Below, one piece after another: positions 9,880 to 22,048 of a DNA stretch of 64,000 bases. The stretch covers positions 372,001 to 436,000 of the forward strand of contig JAKMXF010000307.1 of assembly GCA_024704765.1 (NCBI GenBank), in the 5' to 3' direction. Within the stretch, counting starts at the first letter, position 1, and every line of letters begins with the position of its first letter. The notes under the pieces were generated by a model. That model worked only from the letters and a program-made list of their open reading frames with translations, ran no database searches and was not told the DNA's origin. Position numbers and translations under genes: made by a program. Source of the stretch: Oopsacas minuta. Its lineage: Eukaryota > Animalia > Porifera.

Positions 9880-12260
9880 CAAAATCAATCCAACGTTTGA
9901 CATGTCAGTTTTAACTGATTATTAGAATTAGGTTTATGTAATAATATATTGTAGTTTAGTGATGGTATATTATCTAAAGTTAGATAGCGAATATTCCTTT
10001 ATAGTTACATTACCCATATGCTATTAGAATGTAGAAGTAATTTATGTGTCATATGAGTTCCATCATGAGTTGTTTAATAGGTCTTTCAGTGAAGACTTAT
10101 TACTTATAACAGGTATTTTTAGTCGTTCAATCGATAATTTTTGGTGACCAAACTTCTATTGGGATGATTTCTGCTACAGATATTTCGCACTTAAACGTTA
10201 GTTCCCGAATTGTTATCTAGAAATCTCATATTAGTTAACCAAATTACACAATTCGTGATGTTTATGTGATAAATACAAGTTCTCATTTTTCGATCAAAGT
10301 TCACATCTTTCGATCAAAGTTCTCATTTTATGATCAAATTTCCCGTTTTTCGATCAAAGTTCGCCAATTTATCTATCAATGTTCGTCTGAAGACATTTAG
10401 TAGAACTTTGATCATAAATTTGCTGCCTTCTTCATTCGATCAAAGTTCGACTGAAGACATACTAGTAGAACTCTGATCAAAATTTGCCTTTTTTACCATT
10501 CCATCAAAGTTCGACATAAAAATATTTAATCAAAGTTCTACAAAAAATTCGATCAAAAATATACAGATGTATTCAAATATATTCATTTGATTATTTTTGG
10601 CCTAAATTAAACCCTTATGATTGTAATCATTGGATTGTCAATGTTCTGCATCAGATGGCAAATTACTCGAGTGTCCAGAGCCTTCCAAATTTGTACAAAT
10701 TTTTGGGGAATACCACGATATTTTGTGATATAGAGATAGCAATGCTACATACAATTCAATAAAAGATCCAAAGTACTGGAAGAATATGTCTAACGATGTA
10801 AATGAATATGTAAGTAAAGTATGTATAAGTCTGTATTCGATGTGACTTAAATTAATGCTAGCGTGATTCAGTGGTCGCGTTCCGTGGCTTGAGAAAAAAG
10901 GAGTTTGCATGTAACTCGGTACGTTGTACCCCGAATTGTTTTATAGGAGCAACAATACACTTACATTTGATAAATGTAATAATGCGAAATTCGGATTCAG
11001 TGTAGTTTGAGATTTGGGTAATGTTGGAATTGATCTTATTATCGAAGTACCTTCATTTTACCCTGAGCAAAAATTTGTACATCTTATTTTGGTTGTTATG
11101 TGATATTTCAGCAAGTACGTTCTTGCTCGTCCACTTCTTGATTGGACAACTGACTCAGTCATTAGGGCGTTTCAAGATATTTACTTAGAAGTTAGAGTCC
11201 CAACCACAATACAACACGATCATGGAAAGGAATTTACAAGCAATGCCACAAAATTTGGCATGTGCACTTGTAGTAGTGAACTGTAGACCTGACATGTGAG
11301 ATATTCTTTGCTGAAATTGATATTTAGTAGAATAATATTGTTTGAATAATTCCCTGGAATTATTTAGCAGAATTTTAAGTCTGACACAGACGGTGATTTG
11401 AGATTTTAAAATTGATTTTGCAAATTGCGAGATGTCATATAACTAAATAGTGTTGACTGAATATGACTTTTCAGGGTTGACTGTATACTTTTCATCGATA
11501 TCATTGGCCAAAATATGAGTGGACTGACATCCTAAAGCTGGCAGTCCCAATTATGAATTCCAGTATCAAACGATCTACTAAAACAACATCCTATAGAGTA
11601 ATGTTTAATAATCTGAATGTCAGCCACATAGAATTGTTAAACTAAATACTTCATAGCACTACTGAGTTGAAGATAATGATATAAATGAAACGAATGAAGA
11701 ATGTAAGTTGTACTATAAGTAACAGCTATCTTCAGAGCATGAAGATAGATCCATATGTCAATTACTAATTCCTTTTAGATTTGATGATGTTTTAACAACC
11801 AAACATATCGCCAGTCCGGCACGCTAGCAAAGAAAATATATTTAAACAAAAGTTGAAACTAAAGCATCAACCCGACCAAAAAGTCAGCAGAAACAGATAT
11901 ATTTCCTAGCGGCTTTCAAATTACTTAAAAAACATTGTTAATTAATATAAGTTGTATATTTGTATCTGTTTTAGGCCTGTTGAGATAAAGTTTGGCGATC
12001 AGTTCATCTCTCGTAATATTGTGAAAGATGAAAAATTACCGGGTACAAAGTAGGGATGGAATAGTACTCCGTATCCACATCCGCGGATACGTGTATTATG
12101 CATATCCACCCTTATTTTCCGACTGTAATAGGAACCAATCAGATTTGTAGTTGACTAATATGCGCCTAAATATTATTATTTGCCCATCACATTTACACTA
12201 CTATTGATATTACATTTACCACCTACAAGTATATTTATTCCTGCCTTATTTGCTTAATTA

Positions 12261-14102
12261 ATGGCCTCTATTTCAGATTCAACAGTTTGATCTGGAAATA
12301 TTTTTCTCGCGACATTTCTCATCGCAAGCGTGCTACCTGTAATATTTGCAAAAAATATTACTCTCGTGCTGGTAATTCTACTACGCCTCTTTTAAACCAT
12401 CTCCGTTCGATTCACAAGAAAGAATACCAGGAGTGAATTGCTTTTGGAAGAGAGGCAGCAAGAGAGTACAGTAGTTAAACCATCGTCTGAGATAGCTTTG
12501 TCCAAGTTTGAGACGAAGAAATAAATCACGTTGGAATAATTAATTGACCGTAATCTGCAGTGGGATAATTTTCATGCGAAGTCAATCCAATTAGACAAAT
12601 TGATTGGGGAAATGATTGCACTTGATGATATGCCATTTTGTCATGTTGAAGATCTTGGTTTTATTAGATTTGTCCATAAGGCAGAGCCTCTCTACAACCT
12701 GAAGACACGAAAGTATTACAGCGAAAGATAAGCCTGATATTTTGAATCTGTATCGAACAGGGTGTGTGATTTCCTCTCTGATTACATCAAGCTCTCTTTC
12801 ACTACCTACATCTGGACAAAAAGCTCGGCTAAGGTTTGCTTAATGAGCCTGACTGCACATTGCATCAGCGAAAACTTCAAACGGAAAAGTTTGTTCTAAA
12901 TTGGATGAGCGCCACACAGGCGAATTTATTAACGAAATGTTTATCAGAATGCTCGAGCGGTGGAGTATCTCTTTTGTAAAGGTTCATGTGGTGTTGCGGG
13001 ACGCTGGAGCGAACATGAAAAAAGCAATGAAAATTGGTGGCATTCCCAGCTTCGACTGCGCGAACCACCAAAACCATCTCGTCGTTACAGAGGCAGCTAA
13101 GAGCCAGCGTACCATAATTGATTGCTTTGCTCGTGTTCGTAAGATATCGGGGCACTTTAACCATTCGCCAACCGCTCAGGCTGATTTGAAATGGTTCAAA
13201 AAGCACAACTAGATAAGGAAACTGCTTAGATTCCTATCCAAGATGTGTTTACACGTTGGAACACCCTACAAGACATGTTGATGCTTCACGGTAAGCTAGA
13301 GGATGCTTTACGGATGTATACCGGAAACAGAATTGAAGAGTACTGGCTTCGAATTGATTCAGGGAATAACAAACACACTTAGGGGATTCAAACTGATTAC
13401 CGAGAACCTCAGTGGATCTTACGCAACTATGGGTGATCTTTTTGTTCAAGTGATATCGCTCCTGTTATCTCTTGCAGATAGTGATGATCCAATATTTTCC
13501 GGGATCAAATCAATTCGCCTGACAGTGAGAGATGAACTCAAACGTCGAATGGATGGCCTTGAGAACAATGACATCGTTCTAATCCCAACCTTTCTCGATC
13601 CGAGTTTCAAAGAAAAGTACTTTTCTTCCAAGTATATATACGAAGAGGTGCGACGTAAAGTGGCAGATGCAGTTCAGAATTTGGATTTGGAAATCAGGAA
13701 TGTTGAGAGCAATGAAGTTGTTCCTGTGTCAAAGCATTAAAACCGTCGCATGGAAGTGGGTTAATGGATATCCTTGCCATGCTTAACGAGAGCGACGATG
13801 ATGAGACAAACAAACAAATACTCCAATAGTTGATTCAATTAATCAATACGTTGCTGAACTACATATTCCTTCCGATGCTGATCGCTTTGCTTGGTGGAAC
13901 AAGAATAAGCATCGATATGTATCATTCAGCAAATTGGCGCATATTTTCCTTTCTGCACCACCAACAAGTGTGCCATCTGAACAGCTGTACAGCAGTGCTG
14001 GAATCATATACGAACCAACGCGGGACCGTTTAAGTGTTGACAAGGCAGAAATGCTCCTTTTTTTGAAATACAATGTATGCTTACTGAAGTTTGAATATTA
14101 GA
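12261..14102 (+). pseudogene. BED-finger hAT transposase, disrupted
   Basis: WKYFSR...TCNICKKYYSRAGNSTTPLLNHLRSIH (BED); LRDAGANMKKA...DCANH; TRWNT; C-terminal PPTSVPSEQLYSSAG...LLFLKYN dimerisation domain. Many stops and frameshifts. Confidence 0.9.
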
Positions 14103-14154
14103 TTTCTAGAACATATTGCTTGTATTTTGTTTTGATTATTTTTATACTTTAGAG

Positions 14155-16457
14155 CAGGCTTGTCCAACCTACGGCCCGCCAATATGCTCGGGAACTGTTA
14201 CCAGTTGGTGGCGATATTTAATTGAGTGAAACCTATTTGAGCGAACTCAATTAAGAGAAACCTAATATTGCAAAACCAAAGTGAATGAAACCAATTTCAG
14301 AAAAGTGTGATTTCAATAACTTAAAAATCCTTAAATAACTTTGTAATTTAGTTTTGATTGAGTAATCATTTGTCACATAACTGGGTTTCTCTCAACTCGA
14401 ACAGCTCATATAAATTCCAAATAATAAACCATCTTAAACAATATTAAAATAACTACAAAACAAATATGTCAACTCCCGTGATTAAAGCAAAGAAAAGGAA
14501 AATTGATAGTGAATGTCGAGTTTTCAAATCCTCTTGGACATTAGATTTTTTCGTCGTAGAACACAACGAATACTTATGTGCTTGATATGTCAGGAGAAAT
14601 AGCTGTATTCAAAGAGTATAATATCAAACGACATTACTCTACTAAAGATGCAGATACATTTGACACGCTTACAGGTCAGGTGAGAATCGATCGGGTGAAC
14701 CTGTTGAAGGATAGCATCAACAGTCAACAATCTTTCTTCAAAGCCGTTAAATTAAGTTCTGAGACAGCAACAAAGATCAGCTTTCTGATAACAGAAGCGA
14801 TAGCCAAGAGTGGAAAACCATTGTCTGAAGGGGAATTTGTAAAAGACTGCTTAGACATATATACATCTGTGGCATGCCCAAATAAGCAGTCGATAGTAGA
14901 GAGCATCAGTCTGTCACATCAAACTGTAGCTAGAAGAGTAGATGATTTATCATCCAACATTGAAATTTCACTAATTAAACGACTCAATGCTTGCAAATTT
15001 TACAGCTTGGCCTATGATGAAAGTACCGATGTTAGCGACACAGCTCAACTGGCAATCTTTGTACGTGGTGTCACAGAAAATTTCGAAATAATCGAAGAAC
15101 TGCTCGACTTATGTACAATGAAAGGCACAACTACTGGGCAAGATATTTTCAATGTAGTAAAACATGTGTTTACGAAATTCAAACTTGCAGATGAAAAACC
15201 AAGTGGTTTAACAACCGATGGAGCCCCTGCGATGACAGGAAAGCATAAAGGCTTTGTTAGCCTTATGCTCAAATCAATGACCTCTCCTCTTATGGCATAC
15301 CACTGCATTATTCATCAAGAACAACTTTGTGCAAAAACCTTAGATATGAAACATGTGATGGAAAATGTCGTCAATACAGTCAATTTCATAAGGTCGAAGG
15401 GACCCAATCACAGACAATTCCAAGCGTTTCTTGCAGAGATAGGATCAGACTATAACGATGTTATTTACTTTAGCCAAGTTCGCTGGCTCAGCAGAGCGTC
15501 CACTCTAGCCAGATACTGGTCACTACTTGAAGAAATAAAAACATTTATGACCATTCAGGGAAAGGATGTGAGCTTTCTGGATGATGATCAGTGGTTGAAT
15601 GATCTCGCATTTCTAGTTGACATAACTAAGTATCTCGCAGATTTAAATCTGAAACTACAAGGAAGAAAACAATTCGTTAACAACCTGTATGAGTATGTCA
15701 AAGCGTTCATCAACAAATTACAATTATTCCACCAACAATTTATTTGAAAAAGGTGGTACATTTCTCAACATTATCTTCAAGAAAAAGTGAGACAGTGAAC
15801 CATGACAAGTATTCTGCACTGATCAACAGCTTAATCGATGAATTTAAACTAAGATTTTCTGATTTTAGTGACAAATTCGATGAAATGGAGTTGTTTGCAG
15901 ATCCGTTTGGAACTGATGCCACTAATGCTCCTGAAATGTTCCAACTGGAACTAATTGAAATACAAAATAACTCGGAGAGAAAGAGAGCTTTTGCAGAGCA
16001 TGACCTTCTGACATTTTATAGTCAATATGTTACATCGGATCTATTTCCTAATTTATCGTAACACGCCCTTAGGTTCCTTTCCTTATTTGGCAGCACGTAT
16101 TGCTGTGAACAGCTTTTCTCAATGATGAAAAATGTTAAAAGCAAGTCTAGATCACTCCTGACAGACACTCATCTATCAGGAATATTACGGATTGTGACAT
16201 CAAGTGTACGAGCAGATATTGACTCTTTGTGTAAACAAAAACAAAGTCAGATATCCCATTAGATATGTTCTTTATCATTAAAGTTTACTATAATTAAATA
16301 ATACATTTAGTGATTTTTCAATTCTGAAATAATCCGTATTAACGCCATCCCCAAATAAATAACATCATGCTACCTTGATATATCCAATGTCGTGCGCCCT
16401 CAAGTAGATAAAGAAGCCCTCATTTGGCCCGCGAACAAAAAAGGTTGGACAAGCCTG
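14155..16457 (+). mobile_element. hAT (Charlie/SPIN/GTF2IRD2-like) element nested in the 12051-16583 hAT
   Basis: Perfect 16-bp TIR CAGGCTTGTCCAACCT; perfect TSD CTTTAGAG (14147-14154, 16458-16465). Confidence 0.97.
14466..16262 (+). pseudogene. GTF2IRD2/SPIN-like hAT transposase with few lesions
   Basis: MSTPVIKAKKRKIDSECRVF...; YSLAYDESTD; TTDGAPAM; HCIIHQEQLC; VRWLSR; FGSTYCCEQLFS. Frameshifts near 14575 and 15745, stop at 16059. Confidence 0.92.
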
Positions 16458-17583
16458 CTTTAGAGTATAATACAGAGAATCAATGTATGCTGTATCGAGT
16501 AAATTAGAAATACAATACTGTGTGCCCTGTATGTTGAAATCCGTATCCGCGATGTGGAAAATCTCAGATCCGTCCCATCCCTAGTACAAAGCTTTAGCTA
16601 CCTTATAAAGGACCATTTGTTGCCTCACAAGTCACCGATAGCCATGTTGTAACAATTGATCACTCAGGCACAACTGGACCCAAATCACAACTAGGCAATG
16701 TAAAACAAATACATATTCCTACTCACCTAACTAACATTTTCCATTTACGCGATAAAAGGATTACGAGTATTTCAGAGTCCGATGTACCTGTTTCAATAAA
16801 GAAGAATAAAATATCTACGAATAATTGCACCAACCTACGTACCAAAAGAGCAAATTGAATCCAAGCTCACCAGATCAATCTTGTGTATGGAATAACTAGA
16901 CTGCTATTATTAGAAAAAACCAACAAATTTAAAGTAAGTATATTTCACAAGTCATCAATATTCTTTATTGATATCATGTTTTGTTGTCAAATTATGTCAT
17001 TTATAGGAACCTTTATTCTCACATAATGAAAAAGGCACTTATTTCTCTGATTATCACAAATCTTCATATTTCTTGGAGGAAATTTGGCTCCGTTGTCATG
17101 AAACAAGAGATATTTACCATATGTTGCATTTTGATTTTTATTTAGATTTCTATCGTCATTAATATTATATGAATTATAGTATATATAACACATTCACATT
17201 ATATCACAAAAGTGATTGATCTAAAAGTAAAATTCAATCATTATAAGAAATAGTAATATGAGTCATTCTAGCATGGATAGTGAGTATCCATGGTTTAGCA
17301 TACAAGAAACCTACATAAAGTTATACTTGTCATATGCTCTTCAATCTCTGAAACACATCTTAAAGGGCCAATTGAATCGTTAGCACCTTTTAGGAATTTC
17401 CTTAATGTAATCAACGCGGCTGAAGCTAACAGAGGTGTTGGTTGGATATATTCAGCATCATTTTCTATGCTAATTTCTTCGTCACTGCTGTAATTGCCCT
17501 CTTTTGATTCGCAAATATTGCTAATAATACATTCTTCAGCTAGAATCTCATTAGCTGTCAAATTATTATCTGCATTCAGATAG

Positions 17584-19818
17584 CCCAGGCCTACAAAAAT
17601 GTTATATTGCAGTTGTTTATATATTTTGATCACTGATTTAGACTAATTTAGGTGCGCTGATTCTGAATATCGATTCAGTTTTTTCTTATCACGTCAGCTA
17701 TTTTCATAACCATATAGCTACATTTTCAGAAAAATTTCGATTTTGTCCAAAAATTCATCATGATTACATATTATAACAATAACATTATGTACATAGTATA
17801 TATATTCAAATAGTCTTATTTGCTTATTGGTTTTTAACTAGTCTGTTATTCTTTTTTGTTGATATGTCGAAAAGAAAGTGTTTCAATTCTCCAGATATTT
17901 GTGGTTTCTATACTCCGAAACCTCAGATGCAGAATATTACTGAATTTGTGAATAGAGCTTACCATGCGTATTTCAAAGTTAAGCTGGGCGACCAGGACAA
18001 AAGTTGGGCACCTCATAAGGTCTGTAAATCTTGTATAGAATTATTGAGGTATTGGAGTAAGGGCAAAGAGAAACACCTCCCTTTCGGAATTCCTATGATT
18101 TGGAGAGAATCAAAAAATCATTTCGATGATTGTTATTTCTGCATGGTAAATGTTATGGGCTGCAAAAAGAGTGACAGACACCTGCTGAATTACCCAAATT
18201 TAGAATCTGCTATTCGACCAGTCCCTCATTGTAGTGATCTACCTTGTACCAATATTCATAGAATTTCTCGGACTCTATGATGATGAAGATGGTGCCAATT
18301 CGGGAGAAGTCAATGATCATGACTGTGAATATGATGTTGATTTTCAAGGTCCTTCCTCGGAGCCTTCTCTCTTTCACCAAGCGGAATTGAATGATTTAAT
18401 TCGTGACCTTGACCTCTGGAAAGAATCTTCTGAGTTGCTTGCATCTAGATTGAAAGAAAAGATTCTACTCCATCAAGGAACAAAGGTAATATTATATCGT
18501 TACAGGGAGCAAGAGTTTCAACAGTATTTCTGCGAAAAGAATGGTTTGGTGTTTTGTCCAGATGTTGAGGGTCTTCTACTAGCAATGGGAGTTCCGAACT
18601 ACAATCCAAGTAACTGGAGGCTGTTTATTGACAACTCCAAAAGGAGTCTGAAATGTGTACTACTCTATAATGGAAATATGTTCGGTTCAATTCATATAGG
18701 ATATTCAGTTGAACTTAAAGATGAGTACAATAAATGTGAAAGAAATAATAGAGATTATTAACTACTCTGCACATGATTGGGTCATCTGTGTTGATCTCAA
18801 AATGGTCAACTTTCTATTAGGACAACAAGCTGGGTTCACTAAGTACCCCTGTTTTCTTTGTTATTGGGACAGTAGAGATAGGAACCGGCATTGGATAAGG
18901 GAAAAGTGGCATCCGAGAGAATGTTTGAAAGTTGAGGACAAAAATGTTATTAATAACCCTCTGGTGCATACACATAAAATAATTCTACCTCCTCTCCACA
19001 TTAAGCTTGGTTTAATGAAGCAATTCATCGAAGCACTGGATAAAGACAGATATTGTTTCAAGTATATCCGAAATTATTTTCCAGGAATCAGTGAAGAGAA
19101 GAAAAAGGCAGGGATATTTGAAGGTCCACAGATTCGCAAGTTACTTAGGGACAACTGCTTCAAAGATTCAATGAATGAGGAAGAGAAGAGAGCGTGGCAG
19201 GCTTTCTCTAATGTCGTTTATAATTTCCTTGGTATTAAAAAGGCATCCAACTACAAAGAACTAGTCACAGAGTTAGTCGACAGCTATCATGCTCTTGGCT
19301 GTAATATGAGTATTAAAATTCATTATTTGAGAGACCTTCTTGATAGATTTCCGGATAATCTAGGTGATATGAGTGAAGAATAAAGTGAACGATTCCATCA
19401 AGACATAAAAGTGATGGAACAGCGATATCAATGAAGATGGGACACACATATGATGGCAGATTACTGTTGGTGCCTAAAAAGAGATTGTCCTAACGACAAC
19501 GTTCAAGAAAGTCAAACAAGAGAAAATCTTTAGATTGAATAGTGCTGATATTACATGTTTATAGTATCACTTTCTTCCATTCATATTAGTAACAATCGTA
19601 TCATTATTCTTAGTGAATGAAATATTGATATTTTCAGAAATTTAATTGATCCAATCTAACTTATAAGGGTTGAAACTAATTTTGTTCTATAAATTTAGTA
19701 ATAGAATTGTGAGATAGCTAGACGTATTAGGGAAAACTGACTAAATAATCGGAATCAGCTACACAGAATTAGTATATCAGTTGACAAAATCAATGCAACT
19801 AAAAAGTGTAGGCCTGTG
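17584..19818 (+). mobile_element. Chapaev (Chapaev3-like) DNA transposon
   Basis: Termini C(C/A)CAGGCCTACA / TGTAGGCCTGTG with longer imperfect TIRs. 3-bp TSD TAG (17581-17583, 19819-19821). Excision restores the pogo frame. Confidence 0.82.
17864..19538 (+). pseudogene. Chapaev-type transposase, frameshifted
   Basis: AYHAYFKVKLGDQDKSWAPHKVCKSC...HFDDCYFC; DNSKRSLKCVLL; WVICVDLKMV...GFTKYPCFLCYWDSR; LPPLHIKLGLMKQF; SIKIHYL; SEE*SERFHQD...WDTHMMADYCW. Confidence 0.85.
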
Positions 19819-20718
19819 TAGTCTTCAAAAACTTACCATTTGGTAAAGTTGCGTTACTTTGTTTTCGATAATGACAATCGTGATGCCTTCATTAACTATC
19901 AAATTTCTTCTTGCTGAAATAAAAATTTTTAATGCAGTTTGTAATTGTCTCAAACATAACCTTCATCCATCATTTTTCTATGATAACAGCCTGTAACAAA
20001 TAGAAATTAAAGTTTGTTAAGGTTTCTTATATGCAGATGACTGGGACAATTATCCACGATCAGGGCGATTTTTTGCTTAGAGGCTGTCATTTTGTTATCA
20101 ATTATTCTAAAATAGTTCGTAAATAAAGCAGACTTCAACCATGCTTTTAGACTAGATTGGTAAGCGAATAGAATATTAATGTTTCGGAGGCACCTTGACT
20201 TAGAATATTAACTAATAACCAAAAGTGGTAGCTTTTCACCTAAGGCACTGGCTCCAATCAATATAGTTATTCTATCTTTCCATGATTACCAACTTTGCAG
20301 TATATTCCTTTGAAGTGAAGTATACGGTTAGGGAGTAGTTTCCAAAGGAGCATGGTCTCGTCGAAATTGAAGATATTTTTCATGTCGAATTATTCGAATA
20401 TCTCTGGAATTATCATTTCCTTAAATTCAAAACTTGTATTAGTGGTGCAGAAGCCCAATGAAGCACCAAGAAATATTTTCGACACAATAGAGCGTCTGAC
20501 TTTAAACCGATTAATCCAATTCAGATCAATTTTACACTGGAGTTCTTCAGTAAACCCTAACCATATTTTGCGAAATCCACAATTTTTCCTTTGGAATACC
20601 ATCGACAGGCCACGCTGACCACCATACAGGGTGAGCAATAAATACTGTTCCTCGCGTTTTTGGTTGCATCAGTAAAACTATGATCCTAACTTGCTCTAAA
20701 TCACTCTATGTAGGTATA

Positions 20719-22048
20719 CGAAGTTCGTCCAAAAAGTTTTTAGAATGAATGCTGTAACTTCATTTCGTGCACATCAATACATCTTATATCTATAGTACAC
20801 TATTTATAACTACTCTAGTTAAAATATCTAAGCTTTTTATCTTTTATTACTTTTTTGACAGCTACTTATATAGTCAGCACTTGGCTCTTATTTTAAATTC
20901 GTACCTAATTATTCCTCATGGATTTACATTTGGAAAGGAGAGACTTTCGCGCAATGATTTTTTATGACTTTATGAGAAAACTCAGTCCTAAAGAATCACA
21001 TATTCAACTTCAGGGCACATTTGGAGAAAAATCACCATCTTTGGCTACAGTGTACAACTAGTACGGTGAATTTAACCGTGGACGAAAGACTCTAAGTGAT
21101 GAGATGCGATCAGGACGTCCTGCAGATGCGGTTAACCCAGAAAATATCCAGAAAGTTAAGAAAATAATCAAAAATGAGCATCGAATCATGTTAGACGAAA
21201 TAATGAGTTATTTAGACATCAGCAGAGGAAGCCTCCATGCCATACTTGATGAGCATCTCTTGGTGAGGAAAGTGGCTGCACGTTGGATTCCACATAAACT
21301 TTCTGAAGAACAAATGACAACTCGAGTGGATTGGTGCAAATTTATGATCAGAAAATTCAATCATGGTCGTTCAAAGCTATTGAATACATTAATTACGGGA
21401 GATGAGACTTGGATTCACCAATATGACCCAGAGACGAAGCAACAATCTTCAGTTTGGCTTTTTCCAGATGATGATCCCCCTCAAAAATTGAGACGTGCAC
21501 GAAGTGACAACAAGCAAATGGTCGCCAGTTACATCTCTAAAAAGGGACATGTTGCTACTATTCCCCTTACAGAGCAAAAGACTGTAACTGCGAGTTGGTA
21601 TGTCAACATTTGCATGCCTCAGGTGATAGAAAAGTGGAGCATTTTATATCCTAAAGCCTACCTCACCTCACTTCAATGGCACCATGACAATGCAAGTGCA
21701 CACAAGGCAGATTTAACAATGGATTTCTTTGCAGAAAATGGTATAAAATTAATACCCCATCCAGCATTATCCCTAGATTTGGTGTCATGCGACTTCTTTC
21801 TTTTCCCTAAACTAAAAAAGAAGATCAAAGGAGTCCATTTCAATAGTGCAGAAGAGGCAAGACTGGCTTATAATGAGGCCCTCCAAAACCTAACCCAAGA
21901 AGACTGGGAAAATTGTTTTGAAAGTTGGTTTAGAAGGATGGATTTATGCATACAGTCATCTGGTATATACTTCGAGAAACTATAAAAAAATAATCAGTTT
22001 CCTACTATTTTTTCATATAGATTCTAAAAACCTTTTGGACTACCCTCG
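20719..22048 (+). mobile_element. mariner (DD34D) element
   Basis: 28-bp TIRs with 24/28 match (cgaagttcgtccaaaaagtttttagaat); TA TSDs; 1330 bp. Confidence 0.92.
20918..21985 (+). pseudogene. mariner transposase with one nonsense codon
   Basis: ATG 20918 is in frame with ORF 21104..21985, with TAG at 21059 in place of Trp. ITGDETW, HHDNASAH and (34 aa) CDFFLF are present. Confidence 0.92.

Larger units (their letters stand above)
6075..10574 (+). mobile_element. MULE (Mutator-like) element with long repeat-rich TIRs
   Basis: Left end gaatgcatctgtatattttgatcgaa matches the reverse complement of the right end (gaatacatctgtatatttttgatcgaa). Similarity continues inward across the Tc1 insertion (6075-6308 plus 7658-~7725 versus ~10110-10574). 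It contains a MULE transposase. No convincing TSD. Confidence 0.8.
12051..16583 (+). mobile_element. hAT (Ac/ZBED1-4-like) element
   Basis: TIRs TAGGGATGG / CCATCCCTA; perfect 8-bp TSD GTACAAAG (12043-12050, 16584-16591); subterminal ccgtatcc motifs. Confidence 0.95.
10690..17162 (+). pseudogene. Intron-containing Ginger1/Gypsy-type integrase (H2C2, rve, GPY/F), split by the hAT at 12051-16583
   Basis: 10690-10818 GEYHD...ATYNSIKDPKYWKNMSNDVNEYVSK (H2C2); 10970-11240 DKC...VGIDLI...YFSKYV...PTTIQHDHGKEF (rve D,D); ~11500-11610 EWTDILKLAVPIMNSSIKRSTKTTSYRVMF; 11975-12050 joined to 16592 gives FGDQFISRN...GTKL*LPYKGPFV (GPY/F). In-frame GT-AG intron at 16934-17006. Confidence 0.75.

Noticed and set aside
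10260-10560. Regularly spaced ttcgatcaaag repeats resembling a CRISPR-like array
   Set aside because: Spacing is irregular, the repeats are short, the context is eukaryotic, and they are mirrored in the left MULE TIR.
6066-10584. 9-10-bp TSD for the MULE (aagagaattc / aaatatattc)
   Set aside because: Only 5-6 of 10 bases match in AT-rich DNA.
10690-17162. LTR retrotransposon (Gypsy) interpretation of the integrase
   Set aside because: No gag, protease, RT, RNaseH or LTR pair was seen, and the ORF appears to contain spliceosomal introns.
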